Origin: Mytilus californianus | Lineage: Eukaryota | Assembly: GCF_021869535.1 (NCBI RefSeq) | Contig: NW_026262701.1 | Coordinates: 101,060,001 to 101,124,000 of the forward strand | Direction of reading: 5' to 3' | Length of the DNA stretch: 64,000 nt | In this document: one piece after another, positions 13,287 through 25,782 of the stretch | How positions within the stretch are numbered: position 1 is the stretch's first letter | Layout: each line of letters begins with the position of its first letter | Notes under the pieces: generated by a model | Told to the model about the DNA's origin: nothing | Databases searched by the model: none | The model's input: only the letters and a program-made list of their open reading frames with translations | Program-made: the position numbers and the translations under genes

Positions 13287-14711
13287 GGGTGCATTACATT
13301 TGTGCGCATTAATGATGATGATGATGGATGGCTGCTTAACGTCCAGCGGCAAATTAATATGCATATTCAGGACGAGAACATGTTAATGTAATATGAATAT
13401 TTACCCTGCTTTGTACTAGACTGACACGCTGAGCCGGATTTTTAACGTGCCAGTTCACAAGTTACAGTCCGCAGGAAGACATGCCACCTTACCCGGACAC
13501 ATTTTGCTGTGTCCGAGCCGACCAGTCTTTACTCTTACTCCTTAATGCCGCGTGCTTAGCCGAGAGAAGCAGCAAATACCAATTTTTAAATTCGTTGGTT
13601 TGACCCGGCCGGGGTTCGAACCCACGAAGGTTGCTTAGCTGAGAAGCAGAAAATATCAATTTTAAAATCGTTTGTTTGACCCGACCGGGGTTTGAACCCA
13701 CGACCTCCTGGACTAAAGGCGAACACGCTACCACGAGACCACCGAGGCGGTTAGTGTGCGCATTTGATGATTATTATTTTACGATTGCGCGCAAACTTTT
13801 ATTACATTTTTGCGTATTCATTTTACAGGTAACACAGCTGAAAACTAACCAAAGATGCCAAACTTATAATTTTGAACGCCAGACGCGCGTTTCGTCTACA
13901 TAAGAATAATCAGTGGCGCTCGAATCAAAACAGTTGGAAGGCCATATCAAATACGAAGTAAGCCGAAAATTCCCCAAGTAAGGCTAAGGCAATCTATCAT
14001 GACATGGGGGTAGAAAAACCTTAGTGTTTCGAATAATTAATCTTTTTATAAACAGTAAATTTACAGGCAAGAACATATCAATGATATTTCATGTTAAAAG
14101 TGTTGACTACTAGGCTGTCCACCAGCGGTGGCATCGACCAATGATATTTAGATAATTCATGGTGAATTTGAAATATTTTTCATATAGAGGTGATTGTCCA
14201 TTTTATCCCGATTATTTCATTAATTATATTAAATGATCGTAAGAAATCCCGTAAGCGCTATAAGCCAATTTGTACGCTAAGAGCGAACAGTATTATGTTT
14301 CCTATGAATATTAAACAGTGGTCACGTTATAAAATAAGTTTGGTCTTTTTTGAACGAAAATATAAGGATTGGGAAAGTAATCTTAGTCATATCTCAAAAG
14401 CTTTCGTCCGTTTCACTGTTTTTTTTGGTTGCTTCCAGGACCAAGCATTTCACCTGATTTGTGCATAGAAAATAATTTATCCACCTCCTCGTTAGTACGC
14501 AAGCTATTATATAAAACATGTAGATTTACAAAAACTATATTTATGCTGATATTTTCCTAAAACGTACGTGTGTTTACCTGTAAAATGAATGCGTGAAAAT
14601 GTACGTCTGATTAACTGTGCAAGGGATGCGCGCAACTGTAATGATAGCACGCGTAAATTGAATGGTAATGCGCGCAAATGTAATGGCAATACGCGCAAAT
14701 GTAATGCACCG
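13287..14711. mobile_element. Non-autonomous TIR DNA transposon (Mutator/Foldback- or hAT-like) containing a SINE
   Basis: Inverted ends GGTGCATTACATTTG; 8-bp TSD TTGTCTTC at 13279-13286 and 14712-14719; 21-nt subterminal tandem repeats AATGCGCGCAAATGTAATGGC at about 14620-14710. Confidence 0.75.
13311..13754 (-). mobile_element. Full-length tRNA-derived SINE with (CAT)n tail
   Basis: A-box TGGTCTCGTGG, B-box GGTTCAAACCCC, tail ATCATCATCAT, 10-bp TSD TGTGCGCATT at 13301-13310 and 13755-13764. Confidence 0.9.
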
Positions 14712-15254
14712 TTGTCTTCTTGCTTAACTGTTTATAGCGTTGCTGTATAAAATTAATTCAAAAATGTCGGGGAAAACGCTTTTTTTTTAAATTCCACGAA
14801 AAATCGAAAATTTATAGTCAAAGACTTAACTTTTTCATAATATGTGTTGATTAGACCTGCCACGAGAAAATTGAGAACCATCCGTTTTATTCTTATTTCT
14901 TTTGAGGACGTCAACCAAACTTCAATTTCTCCCCTTTTTTTCATTGAGTTTATTTTTGTGTACAAAATTGAAATATTGATGGTTAGTTTCTGATATGTTA
15001 AAACCAATATTTGAGCGACATAATGAAGGTTGACAGTGATATTATTGTAAATTATTATAAATCGAATATTTTTAAGGATTTGTGATTCGTTAAAACGTGA
15101 TCACATACAAGTACATCACACCAATACTGTTGTGTTTACCTTTTCGTAGGTCAAAAACAGCAAATTGCACAGGGCATACAGCATATTACTAGAAAAACAT
15201 TCTAGAAATTCCCAATTTTACATTGTTCATGCAATAGTTGTTGATTAATAATAT

Positions 15255-15370
15255 AACAATTGAACCCTTTGGTTGAGGCCAATACGATGTTATATCGACC
15301 TAGAGAAGCATTATGATTCTCTTAGATCGATATAACCTCGTATCGACCTCGTACAAAGGCTATAATTGTA
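15255..15370. mobile_element. Diverged palindrome with similar ACAATT...AATTGT ends
   Basis: Arms CCTTT...GAGG.C.ATACGA.GTTATATCGA.CTA pair imperfectly. Confidence 0.6.
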
Positions 15371-16875
15371 TAATATGATTGATTGATTCCTTTCAGGATA
15401 ACGTTGAATATGCTAAAATCGGAAAAATCATTGCTGTGACGTCATTTCTTGATTTTCTTTTTATAGAATTAAGTCATTCTAAAATCATTGAAAATTTTAA
15501 CTTGTAGATGGTCAGGATGAGCTTTAATATGCCGACCGTGCAAGACCCTCATGGGTATTCAAGGTCGTTAAAAATCCCCCTCGTCGTAGTTTAAATGTTA
15601 TGTGAACACAACACACTACATCGGGACTCGCGGTATATATTTCAAGAACCAACTTTTTCCTATTTTATCTCTCTTACAAACAATTTCTGAAATGACCTGT
15701 AAATATCAAAATAGCAAATGAATATGTATAACATGCTAGGATTCTATTATTAAATTATGCACACATTTGATTATATGCTGTGGTTCTATTTTCCGACATG
15801 CTTTGGAAATTCAATTGGTTTCAAAATCAAATGCTGATCAATGCTGTGGTTTTATTATATGCGTTGGTTCTATAAGAAGACTTCAGAGACGTGTTATTTT
15901 TGTTATGAAACACAGACACCATGTGTGCATCTCAGTGAGATTTCTTACAGTGTAAACTATGCTTTCTCTTTATCTCCATTAAGTACCATTACTCATTTAA
16001 AAATTATCACCTGCGATTTTTTCAACATAAGGGAAAATATTTCAGGGTTTAAGATAGTGTCACTTATAAGTAACTAATAAGTTTAGAAAACTCCACAGAC
16101 CATCTTCTGTGCAACAGAAAAAAATGTGCATCAAAACGCATATGGACACGATACAATGTGAATCAACGCATAAACGGACACCATAGTATACTTGGCGTCC
16201 GTCACTGTGTGCACGAGTTTGTTCAGTCCACCAGATTGCCTTACACTCACCATGTGCTACCATTCTTATGTATGCTTCTCTCAACCTCTTACTTTTATTA
16301 CTTAAAAATTTATCATTTGTCTTAAAAGAGTGTATCCACACAAGGGGAAAATTATAAAGAAAAAAATCGGAGATTTAGTCAAGATTAGTTTCATTATTCC
16401 CGAAAAAAATTGTAATTTTCGAAAGTCTTACACTGAAGGTCAGCCAGCAGTGATCTTGTCCTCTATTAGACTTGTCAATTCCATATTTAACCCACTAATT
16501 TCTCTATAATTAACACCATGGAACGTTCTTTATATATGGTGACGTTGGACAGTACCAAACCTGTTGTTTAATTCCAATAAATTCTAGATAGAGAAGATCG
16601 GACAATTTGGGACATTAACAATACTGGTGTATTGGCCCTACCTCTATGTTGCAACTCAATATTCCAAATGTTTCTTTCTAAAAAGTAGGAAGTTCCATAC
16701 AAATTCACCAGTCTGGTTTGAGAATACAGGTAATAACTTTTGAGTCATACGTTCAATCATAACCAAAGGTTGTTTGTTGTATAATGTCCCTTGTTTTGTT
16801 CCAAGGCAAAAACACTTTCTTTTACTACAAGCTAGTCCATAAATAGCGAAACTCGGCTTCTGCGTTCCTATTCAT

Positions 16876-17520
16876 TTTTGTCGAGCCTGCGACTTTTGTC
16901 GTCGTCGTCGTCGGCGGCGGCGTCAACAAATATTCACTCTGTGGTTAAAGTTTTTCAAATTTTAATAACTTTCTTAAACTATCCTGGATTTCAACCATAC
17001 TTCGACAGAAGCTTGTTTATGATCATAAGATAGTATTCAAAAGTAAATTTTGTTAAAAAAAAATCCTGTTTATCCGTGTATTACTTATAAATGGACTTAG
17101 TTTTTCTGCCAGTTAACATTACATTCACTCAGTGGTTAAAGTGTTCAAAATTTTAATAACTTTTTTAAACTATCCTGGATTTGTACCAAACTTGGACAGA
17201 AGCTTGTTTATGATCAAAAGCTAGTATCTAGAAGGAAATTTTATCACAAAAAATTTCCTGTTTTTCCGTATATTACTTTTAAATGGACTTAGTTTTTCTT
17301 CCAGTTAACATTACATACAGTCTGCAGTTAAAGTTTTTAAAACATTTATTAGATTCATAAACCATCCTGGATTCTAACCAAACTTGAACAGAAGCTTCTT
17401 ACATTCAAAAGATAGTATCTAGAGGAAATTTTTTAATAATTATTTCCCCATTTTTGTTGAGCCTGAAACTAACAGCAAAAGTAGTCGAGACACTGGGTTC
17501 CGCGGAACCCTTACACATTT
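16876..17520 (-). mobile_element. Helentron-like element in opposite orientation to the 57962 copy
   Basis: TTTTGTCGAGCCTGCGACTTTTGTCG and (GTC/GGC)n start; about 3 diverged repeats; AAAAGTAGTCGAGACA end. Confidence 0.62.
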
Positions 17521-19419
17521 TTTAATCTGGAGGTCAATGGTCAAGATTACATTGCCTTTATATAGACAAATTTTGTTTCTTATCAATATCTTTTGAGCAA
17601 AAATCATATCTTTACCAAAGTTAAATTTTGTAATGACCCATAGATAGATGATTTTTTGGTAACTGGGTCAATGGGCAAGTTCGTACCAGCACTGCCAGAC
17701 TGTTAGCGATGATGTTGGCAGAATTTTGGTAACGGATATATCATTGGAGCCAAATGTCTGACCTCACCAAACTTACTTGAAATGCCCATTAGAAATATTG
17801 ATTTGTGTGTCAAGTTAAAAGTCAAGGCCACAGTTCCAACCAATAGACTGAAATTTTGGTAAAGGCTTTGTTACCAGCCAATGTATTTTGTGCAAAAAAA
17901 CAGATCTTTACCAGTCTTTGGTGGATTATGCATCTTGAAGCAAAAAAGATTCTTATTAGTTTTGAGGTCAGTTGGTCAAAGATCAAGGTTACAGTAGCAG
18001 TTAATACTGAAATTTCAGCTGGTTCTTGGATACTTTTTTACCAATACATCCAATCATTATTAAATTTGGTTTAAAATATCCTTTGAGCCCTCCTGGCTTG
18101 GAAGTCATTTTATCAAAGGTCAAGGTTTTAGCAGTAATAAAACTGAAATTTAGGCAATTATTTGTTTTGTTTTACATCTTTTGAACCATATATTCAACCT
18201 TTATCAAAGTGTGGACAAGTATTTGTTTTTTGGGTAATATATATCAAACAATACATACAGTGAACCTTAGAAAGAATAATTTTTTATGATAAATAAACTC
18301 ATCATAGATACCAGGATTGAAATTTTGTAGTAAAGTTTGTATCTGGACGAAAATAAATATTTCTTTTAATACAAATCCATAAAGATCACAGCCTCACAGT
18401 CATATTGCTTCCATTTTTTTCTGCTGAATTGTTCAAGTTAAACTAAGAACAAGATACAATTATCTCATCAGAGTATAATTTAATTATGTCAAAGATTCAT
18501 TTCAGCAAAATTTTGGACTAATTTGAAAACCAGTGCTAATCAAAAATATAATGGGGAGTTATGCCCCTTGGAAATATAGATATTGTAATATGGATTTGTT
18601 GTTGTTGAGTTATGCCCCTTAGAAATGTTAAGAATGTGGAAAATCAATATTATAAGGCCTCTCATACCTACATTTCTCATCAGAGTTTAATGAAATTTAC
18701 CTCAAATGCTTATATCAGCAATATTTTACATCAGTTTGAAAATCATTGCTGATCATGAGTAAGGGGGCAGGGCAAAACATCTCCTTGGAAATTAGATGTG
18801 CCAATGCTAATACAACTGTATACCAATATTATTGACTAACCATGAGTGGTTCTCCTTAATCTGATCTACAGGTAATGATAAACTTCAATATATAAACTGT
18901 GCTAATACAACTGCATACCAATGCAAATTTCATTTACTTACTAAAAGTGGATCACAAACTTTAACAAAATGTTGATACTACTTACACTAGAAACAGCATG
19001 CGTGAGTCTTACTTCTGTTACTTTGTTGCAGGAGAAACAAAAGTGCTCACACACTTACATTTCTACCAGAGTTGAATGATGTTTATGTCAAAGGCTTATA
19101 TCAGCAATTATTTGGACAAGTTCAAAATTCACAAATATTTTTGGGCGAGTTTTAACTTATACCCCCTTGGAAATTTAAATAATAAGGAAAATCAATATTG
19201 TAAGCGTTATCACACTTAAATTTCTCATCAGATATCAAGTCTTTGTATTTGTGAATATGTTTGAAAATCAAGGTTGATTAATGTTTTTTAGAGAGTTATG
19301 TACCTTGGAAATGGAAATAATATGAAAAATCAACATTTTCATAGAACTGTTATGAAATATTTGTCAGAGATTAACAACATCAGTATCTCTGACAAGTTTG
19401 AAGGTCAACATAGAAAGAA

Positions 19420-19690
19420 AGCATTTATCTGAGTAACACCTCTTGAAATGATTGTTTTTAATGCCACTTTCAGCACTTTTGGCTATACCATAATAGCCAG
19501 TTTTTATTGGTGAATGAAGCCAGAGAGAATCATTGACCATCAGCACATACTTGGCAATTCTAGCCAATGAAGGTTGGAGTCACACACACCTTGTAAAACT
19601 AGAGCTCAAGCTCACAACCTCAATGTTGGTAGTCTAGTGATCACTGGAGATCAACTACTTTGACCACCCACCTGGCTACAGAGGCCATTC
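19420..19690 (-). mobile_element. Diverged SINE of the 41472 family
   Basis: Reverse complement shares the tail GCTGAAAGTGGCATTAAAAAC and the core with 41472-41735. Confidence 0.65.
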
Positions 19691-22604
19691 TTGAAAATGA
19701 AAATTATTTTCGAAATTGACAATGCAAGTACATGTACTGTCAACCCCACATTTCTCACCAGATGTATAATGAAATATTTGTCAGTCTATATTAGCAATGT
19801 CTTGGTTGAGTTACATAATCAGTGCAAATCAATGATCATATGGAGATTTCAAAATATTGGCAAGGGACATTGTCTACTCTGCAGCAATCTTGTTATATGA
19901 ATTTTTCTTATGCCTATAAAAAAATTTGATTTTCAATCTTGTACACATATAATTATAAATATATTCATAATGAAATAATAAAATATCATTAATAAATGAA
20001 TGTTTTTGCTAAGGACCTAATCAATAGAATGGAAACTTGGAATTTAACAAAGAGACAACCTGATCAAAGAGCAGAAAACAGCCCGAGGCCACCAATGGGT
20101 CTTGAATGTAGAGAGAATATCATACAACCGGAGGGGGATTCAGCTAGCCCCTAAACAATAATGTATACTAGTTCAGCAAAATGGACGCTACACAAACATA
20201 TAAATGAACCAAAATTAAAAAAACCCACAAAAGACTAACACAGGCTAGAGGTTCCCCAACTTGGGACAGGCGCAAAAATGTAATGGGGTTAAACATGTTT
20301 TGTGAGATCTCAACCCTCCCCCTTAACCTCTAGCCAATGTGGAACAAATTTAAATAAATAATGACAATCATTTTGATCCAATTATTATCTAAATATCATT
20401 GATATTCCATTATGGGTTACTACCTAAGTTATAGGTCTAAACACAAAACTTTTACCAGTCTTTTCAGAAGTAAATACTAGTCAAGTGACCAAAACGTTGC
20501 TGAACTATGATGCATTGTATAATTGTGTTAAAGTTGTAAAATTTATTAATTTGTCACCAAAAACATATTGCCTTATCTCTCTTCATGGATTCCTAAACAC
20601 GAAAGTTAATCAAATCAGTCAAGTACAAAATGTAGGTCAAGGTGATTCACTTATTGTATAAATATGTTCGAGAATCAAAACTAAGATCTTGTGTCTGAGA
20701 AATGACACGAACAAAAAATTTACTTAATTCCTGATTAACCTTTTTCAGTCAATGGTACATCTTTAGACTCCAGCCACATATAAATGCACAGAAGAAATTT
20801 GAAATAAAAATTCAATGATGAGACCACATCATGAACAAATATCTCAGTAAAAGTTGATCTATTTTCAGATATAGAAGCAAGAAGCCAAAAAGAATCAAGG
20901 TTGACTAAGCTTCCCTTTGAAGAGGATACTTATATGTATAAGATTGTATTACCCTTATAACTAGATCATACATTTGTACTTTTATCTGGTATTTCCTCCC
21001 TGCACATCAATTCTTCATTAAAAAGAGGTCTGCCTTGAAAAGTCTAGCCTTGTTTACTGATCATGATTGAAATTCATGTTGAAAGTCTTTAAGATAAGTT
21101 TTTCTAGAGCTATAAAATAAACTTAATGTTGACCAATGAACCATGAAAATGAGGTCAAGGTGAGATGCTTTCTGCCAGACCATTAAAATAATTCATAAAC
21201 CAAATAAGGTGGACCTATTTCTTATGGTATCAGAGAAATGGATGGAACCAAGAAAACTTAATGTTGACCAATGAACCATGAAAATGAGGTCAAGGTGAGA
21301 TGCTTTCTGCCAGACTGAAATGTATACCATTAAAATAATTCTATACAAATAAGGTGGACATATTTCTTATGGTATCAGAGAAATGGATGGAACCAAGAAA
21401 ACTTAATGTTGACCAATGAACCATGAAAATGAGGTAAGGCCAGAAAAACCTTGCAAGAAAGACATGTACAGCTAACAATCACTCCAAATATAGTTGATTA
21501 ATTTCTTATAGTATTTGAGAAAATGAGGTCAAGGTCAAAGATTCGCATGTTTTACGTTCTGTGACTTTCACAGCAAGCAAGACAAAAACTGTTGAATGTA
21601 TCTTTCTTTAAAGAGAAAACCTGTTCAGAACTTACTAAGTTTGCATTTTAAGCTTAATTGATTCAGCTGTGTTACCATAAGAGTATTGATTATCATGTAG
21701 CAATATAATTTTAGATAAGATATGAGGTAAATGTTTTACTAGCCTGTATCTTATAGTATATAAAATTGTGTCAACATTAATAAAATTATCCCATTTCCAG
21801 ATTTGCTGCTATATAAGAATTTCAAAGACTTGTTAAATTATCACACAAAAATATCTTTCTTTTTTATACATGTAGTACATTACTCTTGAAAAGGAGAGTT
21901 CTATCTGACAAAATCAAACAACTTGTATTTAATGGTCTATGATATTGAGTTAAATCAAATAGAATTGAGAAAGTAAAAAATTGTTTGACAGACTGACAGA
22001 CAAATGGACATAAGGATCCCTTTGTGCAATCTCATAGTAAATTTCTCATTGTAATTAAGGATTTTCAGAAGAGGGAAATCATGGAAATGGGGATTTTCTC
22101 TAGTACATGTATTCAAATATAATTGTTGGAAACCAACATATTTTCACAGATTTTTTTCAAATTTTGTTGATGTGTTCATAAGATGTTTTTTCATATAAGC
22201 GCTTATTCAAATTCAGATTTTTGTTTCTACCATTAAAATTCCTGTTAATAAATTGTTCACAAAAATAAGTTGCCTTACAGACTTCATGAATTCTTTGATT
22301 TTGAAAAAAACTGATTAAAAATTTTTAAGTCCCTGTTTAAATGTTATCATAAATTGTCTAAACTTTAGAGCTTGACATATGGTTGAAACAATTGCCTCAT
22401 AATGTACCATTTCATGTCATATCCTGTTTCATTGTACTGATTGGTTGCTGTCTGATTCACATCTACTTAGTATATATTTTATTCATTTTCAAATGTTAAA
22501 AATACTGAACACATTTTATAAAACTTGTCAAAACTTTCTAACAAACATGTCATAAAATGCAGAACTCATAGTCACATTTGAAAACTTTTGCAAGTTACAA
22601 AAAA

Positions 22605-24143
22605 ATGAAGAGCTGTGCCATGACCGCAGGATATGCCTGTCGCCCTTTTAGTTTTGATGATTTTTCAACAAATAAAGTTAGATAACTTCGCAATGTCATA
22701 TCAGAAATTTATAACAAAACAAAAGGAAGCTTATTTCAATAGATATAAACAAGTCACCATAGCTTCATGAAAACTGCTCAATATGTTTTTGAGTTGTTGT
22801 TTGAAAACTGGAAAATCCCCACTTTATCTGAAACGTGAAATCTAAAAATTAAAAAAATTGTACGTCAATAGATATTAAACGGATAGTAGCTACGATTTTC
22901 ATTAAAATTATTTTTCTAATCTATATGCCGGATTTTGTACAAAAGGTTTATTTAGAATGAATAAAACCATCACTGTTTACTTTCCAATTAGCATTTAGAA
23001 GCTTTTTAACGTTTTACACCTGAATTTAATTTTTGTCTATATAATTTTTGTCTATAGACAAAAATTCGATGTTAAGCCAACCCTTATTCATATGACTATG
23101 TTAACTCCGCAGTTCCCAATGCGCAATCGCAAGTTGTCCCTCGAAGGGAAAATGTCGAACAGAGGAATGTTATCGCGGAAATGGAACGTGTGTTTACAGT
23201 TTCTGCGAGAAAAAGAAACAGTAAAGAGGTGCAGACAAGTTATTGTAAATTGAAAATAAATAACGGCGATGAGATCGGTCATTAGAATCATTTACAAACA
23301 CCCGTCACGCAGATAAAGTCATTATATAAGCAGTCGACATTACGACGGTTTGCGAAATGTAAAAAACCTTTCTGAACTTTTCGAATCCAGGTCACATGAA
23401 AATAAATCGCGACATGTTCAAATCATTATTGTCCAAAATATCTTTATAAATTTTAGAGCAGTGATCTTAGAAGACATAAAAAATGAACTTCTTACAATTT
23501 AATATTATTCTTCCGGTGTACCCTGCATGAAGACCCCAATTCAATTCACAAACACGTGTATACGTTATCGGCATTGTTTTGTCATACAAATATAAAACAA
23601 GTGTATAACATCGCCATTGTTGGAGAACCTTGGGTTCGAATAATATGCAGGCATTTGGTATAGTTTGTTGTTTACATAATTTGATAAATGGTTTCAAAAA
23701 TGTACGTTTAATCTAAAGAAATTGTCAAATACGTAAGAAAACAAAAGCACATGTTCATATTTATTTATATCTTGGTCATCTCACGCTGTGTCGGCAAAGT
23801 TCGGGAAGTAAACCCGATGCATAATTAATGAGATGAAAAGGCACGCTACACGATATTAATTATCAATTATTAACACTTCTGTACTTTATATAAACATTCC
23901 ACCAATCTTATTGTTAATTTAAAGTACATTTCTTTGATTTTAGCAGCTTTAAAACTTGGTCATAATTTTGTCAAAATCGTAGCTACTATCCCTTTAACAA
24001 TTCACCAAATATTCATGAAAATTGTTGAAAGCGTTTTTGAGTTATTGTCCGAAGTGTTGACAATGGTCGGACAGACAGACGGACGGACAGACAGACTGAC
24101 AACGGTATAATTTTTATACATCCCATCTAAGACGGGCGTATAG
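22605..24143 (+). mobile_element. Helentron-like element hosting the TTAA element; relative at about 31445-32385
   Basis: Shared units AAAACTGGAAAATCCCC / CAATAGATATAAACAATTCACCAAA; (GACA/GACG)n; 3' hairpin-like end with GGGCGTATA. Confidence 0.65.
22879..23993. mobile_element. Non-autonomous TIR element in a TTAA site (Kolobok-like)
   Basis: TIRs A(C/G)GGATAGTAGCTACGATTTT at both ends; TTAA at 22875-22878 and 23994-23997; paralogous empty site GATATTAACAATTCACC at about 32099-32115. Confidence 0.85.
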
Positions 24144-24741
24144 AAATGTACTGTGCTGCTTTAATAATCAGGATTGGGAATTCCAAATGGCCACTAAATG
24201 TAAAGAGAGATAACTCGTAAATTAAAAGAATGATTTGCGAATAGACTGCCTTGTTTATATCTTTGTTCTTTGGTCTGGTGGATAGTTGTCTCAATGGCAA
24301 TCAATCCACATCACCTTATTATTATATTTCATAAAAGTTTGTGATATATGATAATGTATTGACTTTTTGTTTAGTCAAAGGACAGACTTATTTTCTATAT
24401 AGACTATAAAGTCATATCTACAAATACTTGTATGTGATTGGAAACTTTTTCCTAGGATTACACTTCAATAGACCATGTTGCCGAAACAACTTCCTTTACC
24501 TATTTACCTATGTAAATATTTTACGGTGACATATTCATGGAATGGAATTCTGCAGTTCTAAAAAAAAAATTGAAATGGAAAAAAAAAATTAACAGATGTT
24601 TTGGTTCAGAATTATAAGGATTAAAAAACATGTTTTGTAGAGGTTATTGATGTGTAAACTGTGCCTCTGACTCACAAACTTTACATTTTATGAGTTTTTC
24701 TGCCCAATTTACATAACGGCTAGAAAAATGTGTTTAGACCT

Positions 24742-24747
24742 TTTATT
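24742..24747 (-). terminator. Candidate polyadenylation signal for NUP93
   Basis: AATAAA on minus strand about 155 nt past the stop; common hexamer in AT-rich DNA. Confidence 0.3.
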
Positions 24748-24900
24748 ACACGTATTTTAACCTAATTGATACCCGACATTTTCAGAATACTTATCATACA
24801 TGTAAAGTCAAAATAAATGAATTATTTTTAATGATTTTTTTTCATTTTTTTTTTTTACATAAATTTACAATATATAACAGTAATTCTGAGATTTTTCTCC

Positions 24901-25020
24901 TCAGTTCATCAAAACCTCAATCTGAACAAGTCTTGCATTAGTATCTCCTGGGAGTCTGTAGGGTAGCATTCCTGCAAACATGATCAGTGCTTTAGCTTGA
25001 CCTCTTATATAATTCAGATA
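24901..25020 (-). CDS. NUP93: NUP93 last coding exon, [39 protein letters not shown]-stop
   Basis: cag acceptor; ends [14 protein letters not shown], the NUP93 C-terminus. Confidence 0.98.
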   Translation of the reverse strand, partial: YLNYIRGQAKALIMFAGMLPYRLPGDTNARLVQIEVLMN

Positions 25021-25544
25021 CTGAAATAAACAAACAAAAAATATGATAATTGATAATGTTTAGCATATTATTTAATACAGCAAGAGAGATAAAATAAAAA
25101 AGAATGATTGATTTACATTCATAATTCATGATCAGCTAGTATGTACTTTTCTGAAAGAAAAAAAACTAGTACTAAAACTAAGGTGTCCAGGCAATGAATT
25201 TCTAGTGATTTTAAAATTCATAGACACATAAAAATATAACTAATACTGAGTTTGGCTAAAAAAAAATAAGTAAACTGTTCTTGAAGAAAATTAAATTACT
25301 GTAATTTTTGGACCTTACAATCAAGGTAAATATTAGTAATATTTGAAAGACATATCAATTATTTAAAAGCAAAATTCATTATGTTTTTATAATACATGTA
25401 CCTTATTTTTTAGACCTAAATAAAGCCCTTTATGTTATTGCGTTCTTTGCTTTTCTATTGACTTATTGTTTTTGTTTGTCCCCTTGATATCCTCCTCCCC
25501 TTTTTAACTTTAATAAATGTAAATGTCTATTAAACAAGGAATTA

Positions 25545-25782
25545 TTTGAATCTGGAATAATTTTGAATTCTGGAAAATTGATAAGAAATCTATGACGAAA
25601 ACTAACCCAATTAAGGAGGGTTAGCCATGCATGCATGGCTAAAGGGTTTTGTTAACTCATACTGAAATATCAGTGAGAGTAAAATTAACCATAGCCAAGC
25701 ATGCATTACTAACCCTTTTTAGTTTGGTTAGATTTCATCATACATTTCTTATCAATTTTTAAGAATTCAAAATTATTCCTTG
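25545..25782. mobile_element. Foldback/MITE-like inverted repeat
   Basis: GGAATAATTTTGAATTCT..AAAATTGATAAGAAAT.TATGA.GAAA versus its reverse complement at about 25730-25780. Confidence 0.65.

Noticed and set aside
13676-13752. tRNA gene
   Set aside because: The A/B boxes belong to a SINE head with body, tail and TSD; no complete cloverleaf.
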